Positions 1 through 12,917 of a stretch of DNA of 64,000 bases are shown here, one piece after another. The DNA is taken from positions 567,013 to 631,012 of the forward strand of contig NW_005434637.1 in NCBI RefSeq assembly GCF_000315625.1. The letters are read 5' to 3'. The DNA comes from Guillardia theta CCMP2712 (lineage: Eukaryota > Protista > Cryptophyta). The notes beneath the pieces are model-generated. The model saw only the letters and a list, made by a program, of their open reading frames with translations. It ran no database searches and was not told where the DNA came from. Made by a program: the position numbers and the translations under genes. Position 1 is the stretch's first letter. Each line of letters begins with the position of its first letter.

Positions 1-1400
1 TTTCTAGTATCCCAACATCGTCATGTATAACCTTTTCTTGCAAAATCTCCTGAATTCTCTTCTGAATGTGCTCGATGCGTTGATCAAAAAACTTGAGAAC
101 AAACAATCAGCTTTCAGCGAATCATTCCTTCACAGTGAGATTACCTCATTGCGGTGAGAGTTCCTGTCCATCACTCTCCTTCGATCATCTCTCTTCATCT
201 GTTTTTTTTCAATCACAAAGGTTACACTCAGTATGAAGACCAAATGTGCCAAGAAAATTTCACATGTTCTGGGCGTTCCATGATTCGCTCTCTCCTCTCG
301 TGATCTGCGCGGTCCATCATCCGGCGTCTTCTTTCCTCATGGCGTCTTGAGCCCATGGGACCCATAGGACCCATGGGACCCATCATATCATGTGGATCAT
401 TCATAGACATCTCTGGAATTCTGGAGTAAGTTGCCTTCAACCTATCATTTGAGGAAAATTAGATTATTCATGAGGTTGGATGATCTTCATTGAAATTACT
501 CCATCTCATCGATTTTTCCATCTTTGTTGAGGTCGATCTCTTCAAAGACCTGGACAAGCTGTCATTTTTATGAATCAAAAATTACAAGCAACGAAAGAAC
601 CTGTGTAGCATGGTCCTCCCTAACCTTCGGAGAATGCATTCCTCTGTTCGAAGTCTCAGACACACCATAAAACAAGACAGGTAATCATGGACAACCTGGT
701 TTGGTAAACAATTTCAAGAGGATTCTTCCACATATTCGGGTTTACGAAGCTATTAGTGGTACAGTTAGCAAAGCTCGTACTTGAAGAACTGAGGAAATGG
801 AATACTGGGGCATGTAGTGAGGGATATGTGAGGTCCTGGCCCACTCCCGTTTGTTCAATGAGCCGTCTTTGTCCTTTGATAGATGCAATCAGAAGAAAAC
901 AAACATTATTGATTTCACAGTATGTACCAGATCATTGCGCTTGAACACGTGTTCAGGTCCATGTCCTTAATCGCATGAAAATGAAAACACAATCAGGAAG
1001 GAGGGAGAAGTCACTTACTCCTCATCTGGAAGTTATCCATCATGTCTTGGTTGCTCTTGACGAAAGCTTCAAACTCATTCCTGTCAATGTGACCATTGGA
1101 GTCTTTGTCTGCCGCATCAAAGAGATTCTCCTGAAATAAAACATCAGCGTCGCAAAATCCCCCAAGCAATTATGGAGCGCATACATGGTCTTGGGTTTGC
1201 CTGTGATGGTTCAAAGACATCATTTCCGTGAAAAGGTGGCGAAGTTCTTGGTCGATTTCCATTCCATTCGGAGCTGCTCCAGCCTTGGTTTCGGACTTCT
1301 CGTCTTCTTTCGCAGCATAGGAAACGCTGACCAAGGCGAGCGCCACCAAGAATATTAGGACTCCCTTGAGGGCTGTAGATCTCGTCTTCATCGCAGTCAT
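1..1400 (-). CDS. Secreted EF-hand calcium-binding protein, multi-exon, 3' end runs off the window
   Basis: Signal peptide MTAMKTRSTALKGVLIFLVALALVSVSYA; EF-hand loops LFDAADKDSNGHIDRNEFE (~1065-1130) and VFEEIDLNKDGKIDEME (~500-550) in separate exons bounded by GT-AG; GPM repeats and Arg/Glu-rich exons downstream; last exon open at position 1. Confidence 0.75.
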
Positions 1401-2156
1401 CTGCAAGGAAGAGTTCATTTACAAGGGATTTCACAAAGCTCGGTCAAATGTACTAAAACCAACTTCCGCATGTACATAACCTCGCTCGCGGTCCCAGCTT
1501 TGTCATTATCAGGCATTGCTCACTCTTCAACAAACCTAGATTCTTCCACGATCGCCTACTAGCAAACTTTCTTGCACAACCAGTAAATAGCTTTGTTTCA
1601 CTGAATACTCGGCTCAAACTCGTGTGTTGTTTCATGCTCCTCTCGGCACCCTCGTGACATGGTCCCGTCACCCCTTCACCTATCCCACCTGCAGCAGCGA
1701 ACCGAGAAATTTGGTTGCAAGTTGACATATGGCTGAACACCTTTGTGAAATTTTGAAAAATGGATACAGAAAATAAATTGTCAACTTGCGATTTTAACCT
1801 CTAGGCACAAATGTTATTTCAGAGATTTATGTAAATTTCTTGTACAAAATTGCATATTTTTGCTTTAAAATTTAGAAATACTTGATCATATTTCAAAACA
1901 AAGGTGACTTCTTGAAATCTTCTCCACAACGCCTGCCTTGAAGTTTCGCCGGACAAACTAAATCAAAAAGGCAGAAACAAGTCATTAATGAGGTGGATCG
2001 AAGATTTCCTTGCTGCCTTTCCTAGGGCGATATGCTGAGAAGGAGAGCAGAGATGCAGGAGGGACGAAAGTTGAGGGGAGTGACGAGGAGGGAGAGAGAG
2101 CGAGTGTTTCTAAAGATACAGCAGAGCAGAGAAGAGCAGAGAAGAAGGAAGAGGAG

Positions 2157-3252
2157 ATGGTAGTTCGTTGTGAGTTCTTGACCATTTCGCATCGCTCCAG
2201 ACCTCCCCGACGACTTCAACAAACGTTGTGTAGCTTTCCATGACGGCAAAGAATCATGAAGACACCAAGCCGGCAATAGTATCGCAGACGTCTGTATGTA
2301 AGATCTCAGAGTAATGACAAGCACTGCTGTGTATTGGGGGTCTTGATTGGTGCGCAGGAAAACTTTCATTGTGCTCCTCCGTTCTCGGACCGATTCCATT
2401 TGTTGTGAGGATGGCGAGTCTATATACCCATGTGAATTGGTATTATGTGACGGCCGAAAGGCGTGGAAAGGAGAGCATGGAAGTAAGATTGAATTTTTGT
2501 TTGTCGGTCTCAGCCTGATGCTTGTCACAGCTGAAGGCAACTCCAAGAAAGTTCGTGAACTGTACTTAGGTCTCGAGACGAGACTGCTATCCCGTGATTG
2601 CGACGGAAATTTAGGCTCGATATCCTTTGATGAAGAGAAAGGGATACTGCGTTTCGAAATGTCACCTGAAAGTGTCGGCAAGAAGAGGAAAAATGTGCGT
2701 TGAATTGGCCGATCTTGTAGTGCCTGAAGCATTTCAGGAGGAATTGGAAATATCGTTGACCAAGGTTGACAAAGTGAGAGATATTCAGGTCAATCTCGGG
2801 CATCGTGTTGTGCTGTCACCTCTCTCTCTCTCACTGATAGGCACCATCAGGACATCATAAAGGATTGCGCAAGGATTAGACTGCGAGAATTGAATCGCCT
2901 CGATCAAGATTGTGATGCCATGCGGTGTCCCACCAGACTTTTGAGGTATGGCATTTTGAATTTCCTTGCAGGACCTCTGTGAATATCAAGCAATGCGAAG
3001 CTCGGGAACTGATATCTCAGTTGGAGGAGGACGTGGACAAGGTACGTTCAACGGCAACAGTGCACTCTGGCATGACGCGATGGTCCCGGAAGGTCAAGGA
3101 GCGCAAGAAGGTTCTCTATCAGAAGATCCGACTTCTCATCAATGCTAAACGTGTAAGTGTAAGGGTATCGCTGAGAGGCAAGAACATTTGATGTTGAGAG
3201 GCAGGCGAAGTTGAACGCGCTGAAGAGGGAAGCTACTAGTTCAAACACTTAA
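2157..3252 (+). CDS. XRCC4: XRCC4-like non-homologous end-joining factor, multi-exon, 5' end uncertain
   Basis: Head-domain motif ELVLCDGRKAWKGE (cf. L-TDG--AW-G); coiled coil; spliced C-terminus KKVLYQKIRLLINAKR|AKLNALKREATSSNT* matches the XRCC4 ligase-IV-binding helix (LYKRFILVLNEKKTKIR in human). Stop TAA 3250-3252. Confidence 0.65.
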
Positions 3253-3355
3253 TTTATCTGTATAGTATGTTGGAATTTCCTGGAGTGTAGACGATTGATG
3301 GCTGAGATGACAAAGGGAATCTCCCCGAAAATATCGTACAAAAATCTCATTCCAG

Positions 3356-5255
3356 TTAAGGTTGATGAATATCAACTATCAAGGCGTTCGTTCCGGTTAG
3401 GTAGAGGCATGACGTGAAGACTTCGGGACACCTGCCAAAGGTCTCAGAATTCAGCCCTCGCCGTAGTAGAGATCTTGATCGATCGCTTTCAATCTCTCCG
3501 ACCTGCGTTGCAAGCTCGGATAAAGTACTGTCGCGCACTTTCGGAGTCCACTCATTCGCCTTGCAGGAAATCACTCGGGGCACATCGAGATCAGACTGCT
3601 CACCAGCGCAGAATATTCTGAGGTGCTTTTTCGAATTTCATCAGATTGAATGTAATCTTTTGCGAACTCGCGAAATTCCCGGAAACTTCTGATCCCTGTT
3701 CGTTTGCAAAATACCCACAGTGCAGCGCTTGAAGAGGTCAAAACAATCAAAGTTGCGATGAGAAACGCCTGGACACATCTTGTTACACAAATATGATCGC
3801 AGTACGAATCAGCAACGGTTACCTTCCACGCCAATGCCGTTCCCTCAGCCTTTCGATCTTCAGCGAACTCATCCGAGCCTTCTTGAACCCCAAGAATTCT
3901 CAACTGATTATTCAACTCCCTTATCTACCACACTTGTCACGCTCAACCAATTTTGTCAATGATCGCAAACCACCTTCATCATGTATTTTTCCCTCTCTTC
4001 CATCATCCTTATGATTTCTGAATTGGTTTCAGGATCTACGGTTTCACTCCTTGACTCTGATCCACTGACCAGTCAATTTATCAATCAATACCATAATGGT
4101 ATACCCAGTCTCGCCGATTGGGCGGCAGCTGCGAAGACTTTCTGGCCTTGTATTTCGCCATAACGAAAGAATTTGAAACGATTTCTCGAGATTTCAAGCA
4201 GTATCTGTTGCAGTTATGTTAATCAAGGAAACTTACGTCCACTTTGGAAACAGATTCGCACTTTAGAATATCTTATCCAGCTGCCAGGCCACCAGATGTA
4301 TGGAGTATCATTGAAAGTGTTTCTCGTCCATATGCTTGAAGAATCTTCATGTTTCCTTCCACTCACAGTTCCTTTAGACTGGGATCACTCGCAGTATACC
4401 GCCATAGTTGAACGCAACATACCAGGCAGGAGCCAGTGATACTTTCTCTTAAACTCTGAATCAGACATATCTCCAATTCCTGCCTTGAATGGAGTGTCAG
4501 GTGATACACATGGACCATAATATGATAAAAGATTACAATCGATTTCATGAAGCGAATTTCTTTCTCCTCTGGCGTCGGCTCCCTTTTCACTCTCTCCTTC
4601 GGTATTGCCCTAATGGAACCGTCCTGCTCCACGACAATGCGGAATCCACTTTGATCGCTGTTGGTATCCTCCTTGGAAACAGCAACCTGCGACTTTCTGG
4701 ATTTCGCCAATCTTTGCCAGACGGAGGCAGCAGCGATAGGGCCCACAACATCTACACCGGAAAACTTGTCTTCGTCAAGATGCTCCTACCCCATGCAACA
4801 CATCACACTCTCGCCAAAGGTCATGTTGTTTCATACCTTGGGGATTGCTGTAGTAAGCTGCTCCTGATTCAATTCTCTTCTGCAATAGCGTCTTGTCAGA
4901 GTGATGCCGGTGTATCGCGATCATTGCAGAGGGTTAGCTTGCATTGCTAGACAACACACCTCATCCTGTCCATCGATGACCGCTGAAGAGATTCGGCATA
5001 ACGGTGTTCTTCTGCCGTCGGTTTGTATGTAGAGAGAGCGCAAGACAGCGTTTGAACATTTTTCTGGAAAGAGCGAAATAAATCATCAGCACAACATGGC
5101 TCATGCAAGCGGAAATGTGCGATCATCGAATCATCGCCAACCTGAAAAGCACGACGATCAAAGCTTACGGTCTTCACTATTCTGTTGCTGAAGCTCTTCC
5201 TAAAGAAACGCGCTTCAGTCTCATAGATTATTCGTCCTCTTCAAAACTCTCACAT
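3356..5255 (-). CDS. Hypothetical multi-exon gene (possibly two genes); C-terminal part resembles TMEM242/DUF1358 membrane proteins
   Basis: Spliceable exons MKSFSNRIVKT|VGDDSMIAHF...; EHLDEDKFSGVDVVGPIAAASVWQR...; distal exons AEGTALAWK|AFLIATLIVLTSSSAALWVFCKRTGIRSFREFREFAKDY give one TM helix plus a G-x-x-S-x-x-EFR pattern like TMEM242. Linkage across 4200-4480 is unresolved. Confidence 0.4.
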
Positions 5256-5640
5256 GTCGCCTGCTCCTCCTTCTCGGTCTCTCTTGTCTCGTCGTCAAGC
5301 CGATCAGTATTGCATTGTGCTGTCTTTTACGTGTTCCAGCCTGATAACTTTTGAGGGTGATGGGAGTCCCTGGTAACTTATGAGGGTAAACTGCTGCACA
5401 GACGTCAAATCGTGTGAAAACGGTCATGGAGGTGAAGATGGCAGGACAGCGAAAAATGAGAGAAATAAGGATGAAAGAAGATGAGACAATCCGAACATGA
5501 GATGGTGATGATGTGCGAATGTCAGAATGCGCGATGATCACATGAATATTTGAGAACGTGAACAGATATGAGGATATGAGGGTATAAGGAAGGATAGTTC
5601 TGAAGCAGGTTTGTACCGGGGAGCTCAAATGCTGCTGCAG

Positions 5641-7068
5641 ATGCCTCCGACGGATTTGACGAATGAACGGCAACTCATCCGTGAGCTGGAGATTCTCAAA
5701 GAGCTCTGCACGACACCCCCGACTGTCAGTTTCTTGTTGCTGCTGGTTGACAGAGCCGTTACGCTCACCTCTCAACAGAACCGGAGGAGTGAGGCGCGGC
5801 GATCAAGCGTGAAGCCCTTCACAGCAGATGCGAGCAAGAACGAAAAGCAGCTTGCCCTGAAGAAGAGGCCTTCGACCTCAGAGTGTAACTCCGAAGGGTG
5901 GAGGCAGCATTCCAACACGTGACTAGACTCCCTCCCACCGAGAGCCTGCTGACATCCTCGTGTGGCTCAGTTATGAGAGCCTGAGGGAGGATGGTAGATC
6001 TTCCGAGCGGGTGGACATAACTGTGGCGCTGAGGTGAATCTTTACGTTGAAACCGGCGACGTGTTCGTGGTGACCTGAGGACTTGTAAGGTTGAACAAGA
6101 CAACTCATTTTCGAGACATGAACATCTTCGCTCTCGTAAGCTGATTTGCACGATTGTTTCCTGGACTTGTTGGTTAGCCTGATGAGACTGTGACTAGCAA
6201 TCTACTTTGGCGGATGAGCTGTGTCAGGCTGAAGGGATTGCAAGGAGCCGAATAGCATTCTACGACTTGGATACCAGAAAGATCCAAGCCATGAGAGATG
6301 TTTGTATGAGTGACACCAATGATGGAAGAATGATGGAGATTTTCAGGCGTATGAAGCAATCTATCTTAGCTTTGCCATTCTTCCACCGACAAGGAAAGGT
6401 TTCAGTCCTTCGCGTAGTTCTCACGATGTGGCTATGAGCGTTCTGAATCAAGTCAGTTTCCTCACTCCTGGCCTGGAATGACATGTCCTGTCTTCAAGGT
6501 ACGATCAAAGACGGGTCCAATCCTCGATATGCCGCTGGCTAGCAATATTCTTGATTGTCAAGTTGTAACAAGTTCGACGGACTCGTACAAGTCTTACACC
6601 TCCTCGCCGAGGTATCCAAGAACTGCCCAGACAGAATGGCGACGGTTCTTATTCCACGATGCAGGCAACAGCAGCAGGGCTCCGCACGTGAAAGCTCAAC
6701 GGGACAACAAATCTTCTCTTGCCATCCAACCAAACTCACATTTGAAGTTCGTTGTTTTGAGTTGCCTGCAGCGGTTCTTATTTCTCCTCAGATCCCTCCC
6801 CCAAGACCGAAGACGCAAGGAGGGTTGCTATATTCCACGGTCAGTGTGTGATCCTAGATGCCTCTGACAAAATGCTTTAGACTGAATTCGCGGAAATGCA
6901 AAATGCCATTGTGAGAGCGAAGCAAAGGTTGGCGTTTGCTGAGAGGAAAGCGTACACAGCGGCAGAAATGGTATATGATGTCGTTAACGTACAACTCTGA
7001 ACCTCAAACCCACGCAGGCTAAGAAGATGGCAATATCCATTCGGCATCAGTCGAACCATGTATTATGA
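5641..7068 (+). CDS. Hypothetical multi-exon protein with coiled-coil C-terminus
   Basis: Coding-like exons MPPTDLTNERQLIRELEILKEL..., ADELCQAEGIARSRIAFYDLD...LALPFFHRQG, and terminal TEFAEMQNAIVRAKQRLAFAERKAYTAAEM|AKKMAISIRHQSNHVL* (TGA 7066-7068). No family recognised. Confidence 0.5.
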
Positions 7069-7316
7069 AATCCCGTAGAATGAATGAGGTCAAATGTGAG
7101 CGAGTTGAAACTCATCGAGCCAGGCATGCTGTGTGAGGTTTTTATTCAATCAAGAAACAGTCGAAGACCGCTCAAAAATCCACACTTCACAATAGTTTGT
7201 AACTGCACATAACGCATTCCAGCGATTCATGTAACATCACAGAAAAAAAAAAGAATAAGTTGTGGTGAAAAGTTTACAAGGTTGTTGTACACATCCAACC
7301 CGAGCAATGAATGTGC

Positions 7317-10300
7317 TCACCATGCCTCCAGAGAAGACAAAGTGCACTTGCTCCTCGTGAATTCCTGCCGATGACATCAGACTTACAAGTCGTCTTCAGA
7401 ACTAACAAACAACGATCAAACCTTGTCAGCGGCGCTCCTGGCGTAAAAGTTTGCGCAGATCACGTTGCTACACATCTGGGAAAGACTCGGGTTGTCCACC
7501 TGAGGGCACAGCCATCGAGGTCAGCAGCGAGTCCAGCCGCTCCTCCCACCATCACCCGTGTGCACAGCTGGCATTGCTTCCACAGGGCGTTGCGAGAGTG
7601 CTGGGTTTCGATGAGCGAGGCCTGAGCGGCGAGCACGTGGTCCTCCTTGTCAGCCTCGCAGTCGCTGCAGAGGATCCTTGGGGGCTTGTCCGACTGCGCG
7701 CTCGACTGCGTGACGGACTTGCTGCAGCCGATGCACTTGTGGCCCTTGATGATGTAGTTCCTCATGATGTTGCTGCTCGGCTGGAAGTGCTTGATCAGCC
7801 TCACCCCGCTCCCCATCGATCGCGACGAGTGACCAAAGATCCGAGCCTCCGCGTTCGGGACCAGGACCTGCAGGTAAGCACGTCAGGCCCGTAGCTCCCT
7901 CATGCGGGCGGCCGACACCTCGAAGAGCTTCACGATCGGGTTCTTGAGCTGGTTGTTGACGTACCACTGTCAAGCTCGTCAGGCAGCTCAGGAATAGGCG
8001 CAAGACCCTCAACCTCGTAGTCGACGTTCAGCTCGTTCTTGACCGCGAACGCCGGGTCCTCTACGCTGTCGCAGGTTCTGTAGACTTTTTCTGTCGAGTT
8101 GATGACCTGGACGTACTGCAGCCTCTCACCTGTTGCCGGGCTGTTTCTTCCTCTCTCGTTCATTCGCTTCACAAGCTCCATGTGCGGGGCTCGTCCTTTG
8201 CTGCCATCCTTCCCCACAGGCCTGCAGAGAACAAGTTTGACAAGAGGGACTCGTCCTTCAACCAGCTCCGAGACTCTCGTCCGCACGAGGCTGATCGCTT
8301 TGTCGACATCGGGAGGCGAAGTTCGCATGACGACCTCGAGGCACTCGTTGTAAACTTCCTGGACGAAGGGACAAGAGTCCCTGCGGACGGTCTCTATGCC
8401 CTTCACGTCGATCTTCTCGGGGGACTGTGCCGAAGACGAGAACATGAGCCCGGCGTATCGCTTCTTGGAGAAGAGGAGGTAGGGGCAGTAGACTTTCTCG
8501 AATTCCAGCTTGATTGGAGCTGGAAACGTCTTGGTGACAGCCTGCGCCGCTCGCTGACCAAAGTCCATCGCCTGCTCGATGTCCTTGGCGGAGCTACCGG
8601 GAAGGTGAAAATCGATCATCACCGAGTCCGTGTCCCCGTACACGACTGTAGCTGCGCATGCATGCTGTGCCGTGAAGTCTCTCTCTATCAGACTGCGAGT
8701 CCTGTTGATCAGATCTCGCCCTATCGCCGTCACGGTGGCGGCGAGTGGCAAGCAGGGCAGGTACCCGTTGGTGGCGCCACAGAAGCCATAGATTGAGTTG
8801 CAGGAGATCTTGTACGCCAGCTGGCGGCCGTTGAGGATTTTCTTCATCTGCTGGTCCGTCTGCCCCTGCATCGCGAGCTTCGCGTCCTTGCGAGCCTTGA
8901 GCAACCTCCGCAGGATGCGAGGAAGGATCCCGTCGTGCTCGCGCCCGTCAGGGTCCGTCCAAGATTGGATGAACTTGAACTTCGCGCCTCCCACCTGATC
9001 CTCGTTCGAGCCCGAGACGTCAAACTCCAAGGTTCGAAGCCGCTGCTTGTCAGCCTCCGCCTGCTCGCCAGGCTCTCTCACCAACGTCTCGTACGACAGG
9101 TTGTAGGCGATGATGATGCTGGAACAGCGTCAGACTCCTCGGATTCTTACACCTTCAGCCCTCCTACCTGGGATATAGAGAAGCAAAGTCCAGCGTGCAG
9201 ATGGGAGACCAGTAGCTTCCAGTCTTGGCATTCAGAACTGTCGCACCTTGGTACGAGGCTCCACCCCCCTCGCTGCTCTCAGGACTTCCCTCCCCGGCCC
9301 TCTCCTTGTGTTTATAGGGGATCAGGTAGTCCATGTCCCGGCAGGCCCGACACAACTGGCTCAGCACCTTGTACTGCTGCGCATGCTGAACGAGCTCGTT
9401 GATCAGAACGCCGGTGACCCTCGCCATCTCCACCAGGTTGATCAGCAGCTCGAGCTCCCCGATGAGCTTCAGCGGCAATGTAGCCCTGCATAAACGTGAG
9501 CAAGAGCAAGTCCAGCCGTCCAGCCACCTCTGGATGACGTAGAGGGCAACGTTGGACTTCTGGTCGATGCCGGCTGCGCTCAAGGCCTCGAGGTCCTCGT
9601 CGTGGAGGAAGACTTCATCTCGGTCGAAGAAGTGCTGGCAGGCAAACAAGCTTGTGAGATGACAAAGGTATCGAGGGCTCCCGCGTTTCACCTTGGCGAC
9701 AGCTTCCAGCGAGTAAGACCGGAGCTTGTGCTCGCGCTCGATCTCTCTCTGCAGATCTATCACGATCCTCCCTGGAATCTTGCTGCAGAGCTGCTGGGCC
9801 ACGTTGTGCATCTTGGTCCTTCGCTGCTTCGCCTTTGATGGGTCCCCCTTGAGTCTTCCAAGAGAGCAGTCGCATCCCATTCCCAACTCCTGCAAGCAGA
9901 ACTCACGCGCAAGGACACGAGCGGGCAGGAAGACCTCGATCCTGTCAAACAGCAGGGACAGGGCGTTGCCTCCATAGACGACCACCAGGTCAGGGTCGAT
10001 CTCCTTGGTTATGAAATCGCAGAACTTCTTAATCATCCGTCGCTCGTCGTCGAACGCTCGGATCTAACGTGGGGAGCCGTCAGGGTCAAGAGGCCTGACT
10101 GGAGCCGCACCTTGAGGTAACTCGAATCGCTCGAGACGATGGACTTGATACTCCCGACAGAGAAGATCACTTGCCTGGACCAGGTCTCTCAGCAGGGAGG
10201 GGAGGGGGCAGGAGGGTTCAAGGATCAATCACATGCTGATTGGAGGGTCGAACTTCTTCTCTAGAGCTACTCCAATGAAGGAGATCTCCTGCGTTCCACC

Positions 10301-12714
10301 TGCACTTCACTTCAGATGGGGTGGAACGGCGTCTTCCTCCTCACCTTGTGCTCTCGAAGCAAGGTCAATGCTGACGGTCGTGACGGGCGCAATCCTTGAC
10401 CAACGATCCTCCCTGGCGTCAAGATTGCAGATCGCGAGCTGCTGAGATCCCGTCAGCGGGCAAGAGGAGGGAGGCGACTAAGCAGCACATCTGCGAGATT
10501 CACTGAGATTTCCGTCCTGCAGGAAGACATCTTGCCGCCGCTCCAGCCGCAGATCTGACAGCAGTTGAGAAGCAGCTTCTGCATGTTCAGGACTCACGTT
10601 CTCCGCTTCTAGATCGTTGGACAGCACTTGGTAGGTTCCTCCCTTGACCACTACCCATCCGGCAGACTAGGGGACAGAGTCACGACAGGGGGTAATGGCG
10701 GAGCTGGAAGGACCTGAAGGTTGTAGTCCGACAGAAATCGCATCGTTGGCTCGATATTCGCATCGTAGAGTTCCAGCGATACCTCGCCGTGGGCGATACT
10801 TGACTGGGCTCGCGATGAGATGCTTTCAAGTCGGCGATCAATCAAAGGCCTTGTCAAGATCCTCAGCATGTCCTGAGAACGGCAGAATGTAACAAGCTGC
10901 ACGTGCACATCATGAGATCACGTTGTAAAATTCTATAGAGGTCGTGCTCAGCTTTGCAAATTTCAATCTCTGTGAAACCGATCAAGAAACGAGGTTGCGT
11001 ACAGTAGACAGGGCAACCTCGTCGTATCTTGAGCCAAACAAGTCCTTCTTAGTTGTTTCCTCCATCTCCAAATTCTTCCCGATCTACATGAGTATGAGCT
11101 CAACGAAACTCTCCTCACGCTCACACACCGTCGAGGTCACTTTCTCCAGTATGACGACCTGCGAACATGAACTTCAGACGGCAGGACCTTTCGGAGCAGC
11201 AGCTACTTTGAGGAGATTCCACTCTCCGTCTGATAGCTTAGAGGGTCTCTTGACATAGAGATAAGGCCTGAAACCTCCTGATCCAGACACGTCAGAGCTT
11301 CGAAATTGAACTTCACGAACAACCTGCTCGGACAAGGATGCTTGTCCCATCTGCGAGGGTTCCGAACAATCTCATGGTAACAGCCTGCTAGAAATGAGAA
11401 GCTGATATGGTAAACTTCAGCGATACTGGTAATCCCGGGTCTTTACAGGCGATGATATCCAGCAACTGAAAGGAAATGTCTTGAGTGCAGTCCGGATGGA
11501 GGCTGCAGCAGAATCACACATGAACATCGAAACGAATGAGAGAGACCTTTGAACTTCGGAAAAACTAGAAGACAAGTGACCTCCTTTGTGGTTGTCATGC
11601 GCTATCTGACTTCCTGACGGTATCGACTCCTGGTTGTGCTCAGAAGCGGCCTGAATTGTGGGGGGCAGGTTGGTGGAATTCGCAGGTTCTTGAATTTGAG
11701 ATGAAATCGAGCTACTCAGCATGTCAGTTAAAAGAGACTTCTTCTCTCTCAGCTCTTCTGGTGTTCTGGAGAAGATCAACTCAAGTTCGCCAAGGCTGTG
11801 ATCTAACCACAGGATCAGTACCGCTCGACTTCAGCCCCCGGGCACATACCTTCGTGAGTGGAGTCGCGAGCCTGCGCTTCTGACAAGTCGCGCCGTGAGC
11901 ATGTCTCAGCAGCATGGCAAGCAGTTGGCCGGGCATGTGAGTCATGGAAACTCAATTTCGCACATCCTGCTACACCACTTGAACAGGTCGACGAGGATGC
12001 AACCCACTCACCACTCTCATCTCCTTGCTTCGTCGCTTCGCCATCCCGAACACTATCCACGAGATGATTCATCTGAGCACCATCTCCAACATGCATTCTC
12101 TGCTCAGAGGTAGTTCTCGATGAAGAACGTGACGAATGTGACGAATCGACTTTTGAAAGTGAACACAATCGTTTGTTACTGCTCGTTGATTCCGAAGAGC
12201 ATTGGGAACATATGTCCACATTCTCCTTGATATCACCCTCGGGGTCACATAGCAAATTTGACGACTGAGAGTTTTGAGAGACTTTTTTCTGCATGGATGA
12301 AGGGGTTGCACAGAAAGAATCGCTAATTTCGCACTCGAAACTGGACATAAAAACTATCATCAGGGCAAATAAACATGTCTGGGTGACCTACCTATCTATT
12401 ATTTGACTCAAAGCCCTTTTCTTCCTTGCTACTTCGCCTTTGTTCTCAGAATTGCGCTGCAATTTGGTCCAAGATTTTGAGAGTATCAGCCTAGATGGCT
12501 GATTGCTTGCACGACTGGGGGTTGGACGAGGATCGCTTGAAAATTTCGTTGAAGACGTGAACTGCTGAAAGTGTCACATTACCAGATGTGAAGTGAACAT
12601 TACCTTGGAACTTGATGAGATCTTTGAGGAACTCAAGAGAGATTCGCGTTGATTGCATACTTCACTCTGCGTGAACGGAATGAAGCCTTCATCCTGGTCC
12701 TCTTCGTCTGACAT
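7317..12714 (-). CDS. Family-B DNA polymerase, Pol delta catalytic-subunit-like paralog with inactivated 3'-5' exonuclease and long low-complexity N-terminal extension
   Basis: Region II LDFASLYP|SIIIAYNLSY, region III RQLAYKISCNSIYGFCG, region I YGDTDS (8623-8640), KLEFEKVY..SKKRYAG, KGIETVRRD; Pol-delta-type N-terminal MRLFGTLADGTSILV..GFRPYLY; C-terminal CysA (CIGC..CSDC) and CysB (LWKQCQLC..CSNVICANFYAR); ends SSLEAW* at TGA 7317-7319. Putative start MSDEEDQDEG at 12714. Confidence 0.9.
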
Positions 12715-12917
12715 CTCAAGGCTACCGCGTGGTTCAGACAGACGGCAAGAAGCAGGTTTTGCAGAAGCAGGTTAATGAATCTGACGGCAGGCTGACATTT
12801 GATACGATGAACTCTCCTTGCTATGACTGATCAGGCGCCTGCCTCGCTGCATCGCACGCTTTCGACCTCGTGGCGGCATGCACGCCAATTCAATTTGTCG
12901 ATCCTCCCAAAGGTTTT

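Noticed and set aside
352-385. Collagen-like GPMGPMGPM
   Set aside because: Only three to four triplets, too short for a triple helix; a low-complexity 9-bp repeat.
2022-2732. 236-aa minus-strand ORF, and similar antisense ORFs such as 8182-8796 and 45026-46789
   Set aside because: Shadows opposite well-supported genes, with no recognisable motifs.
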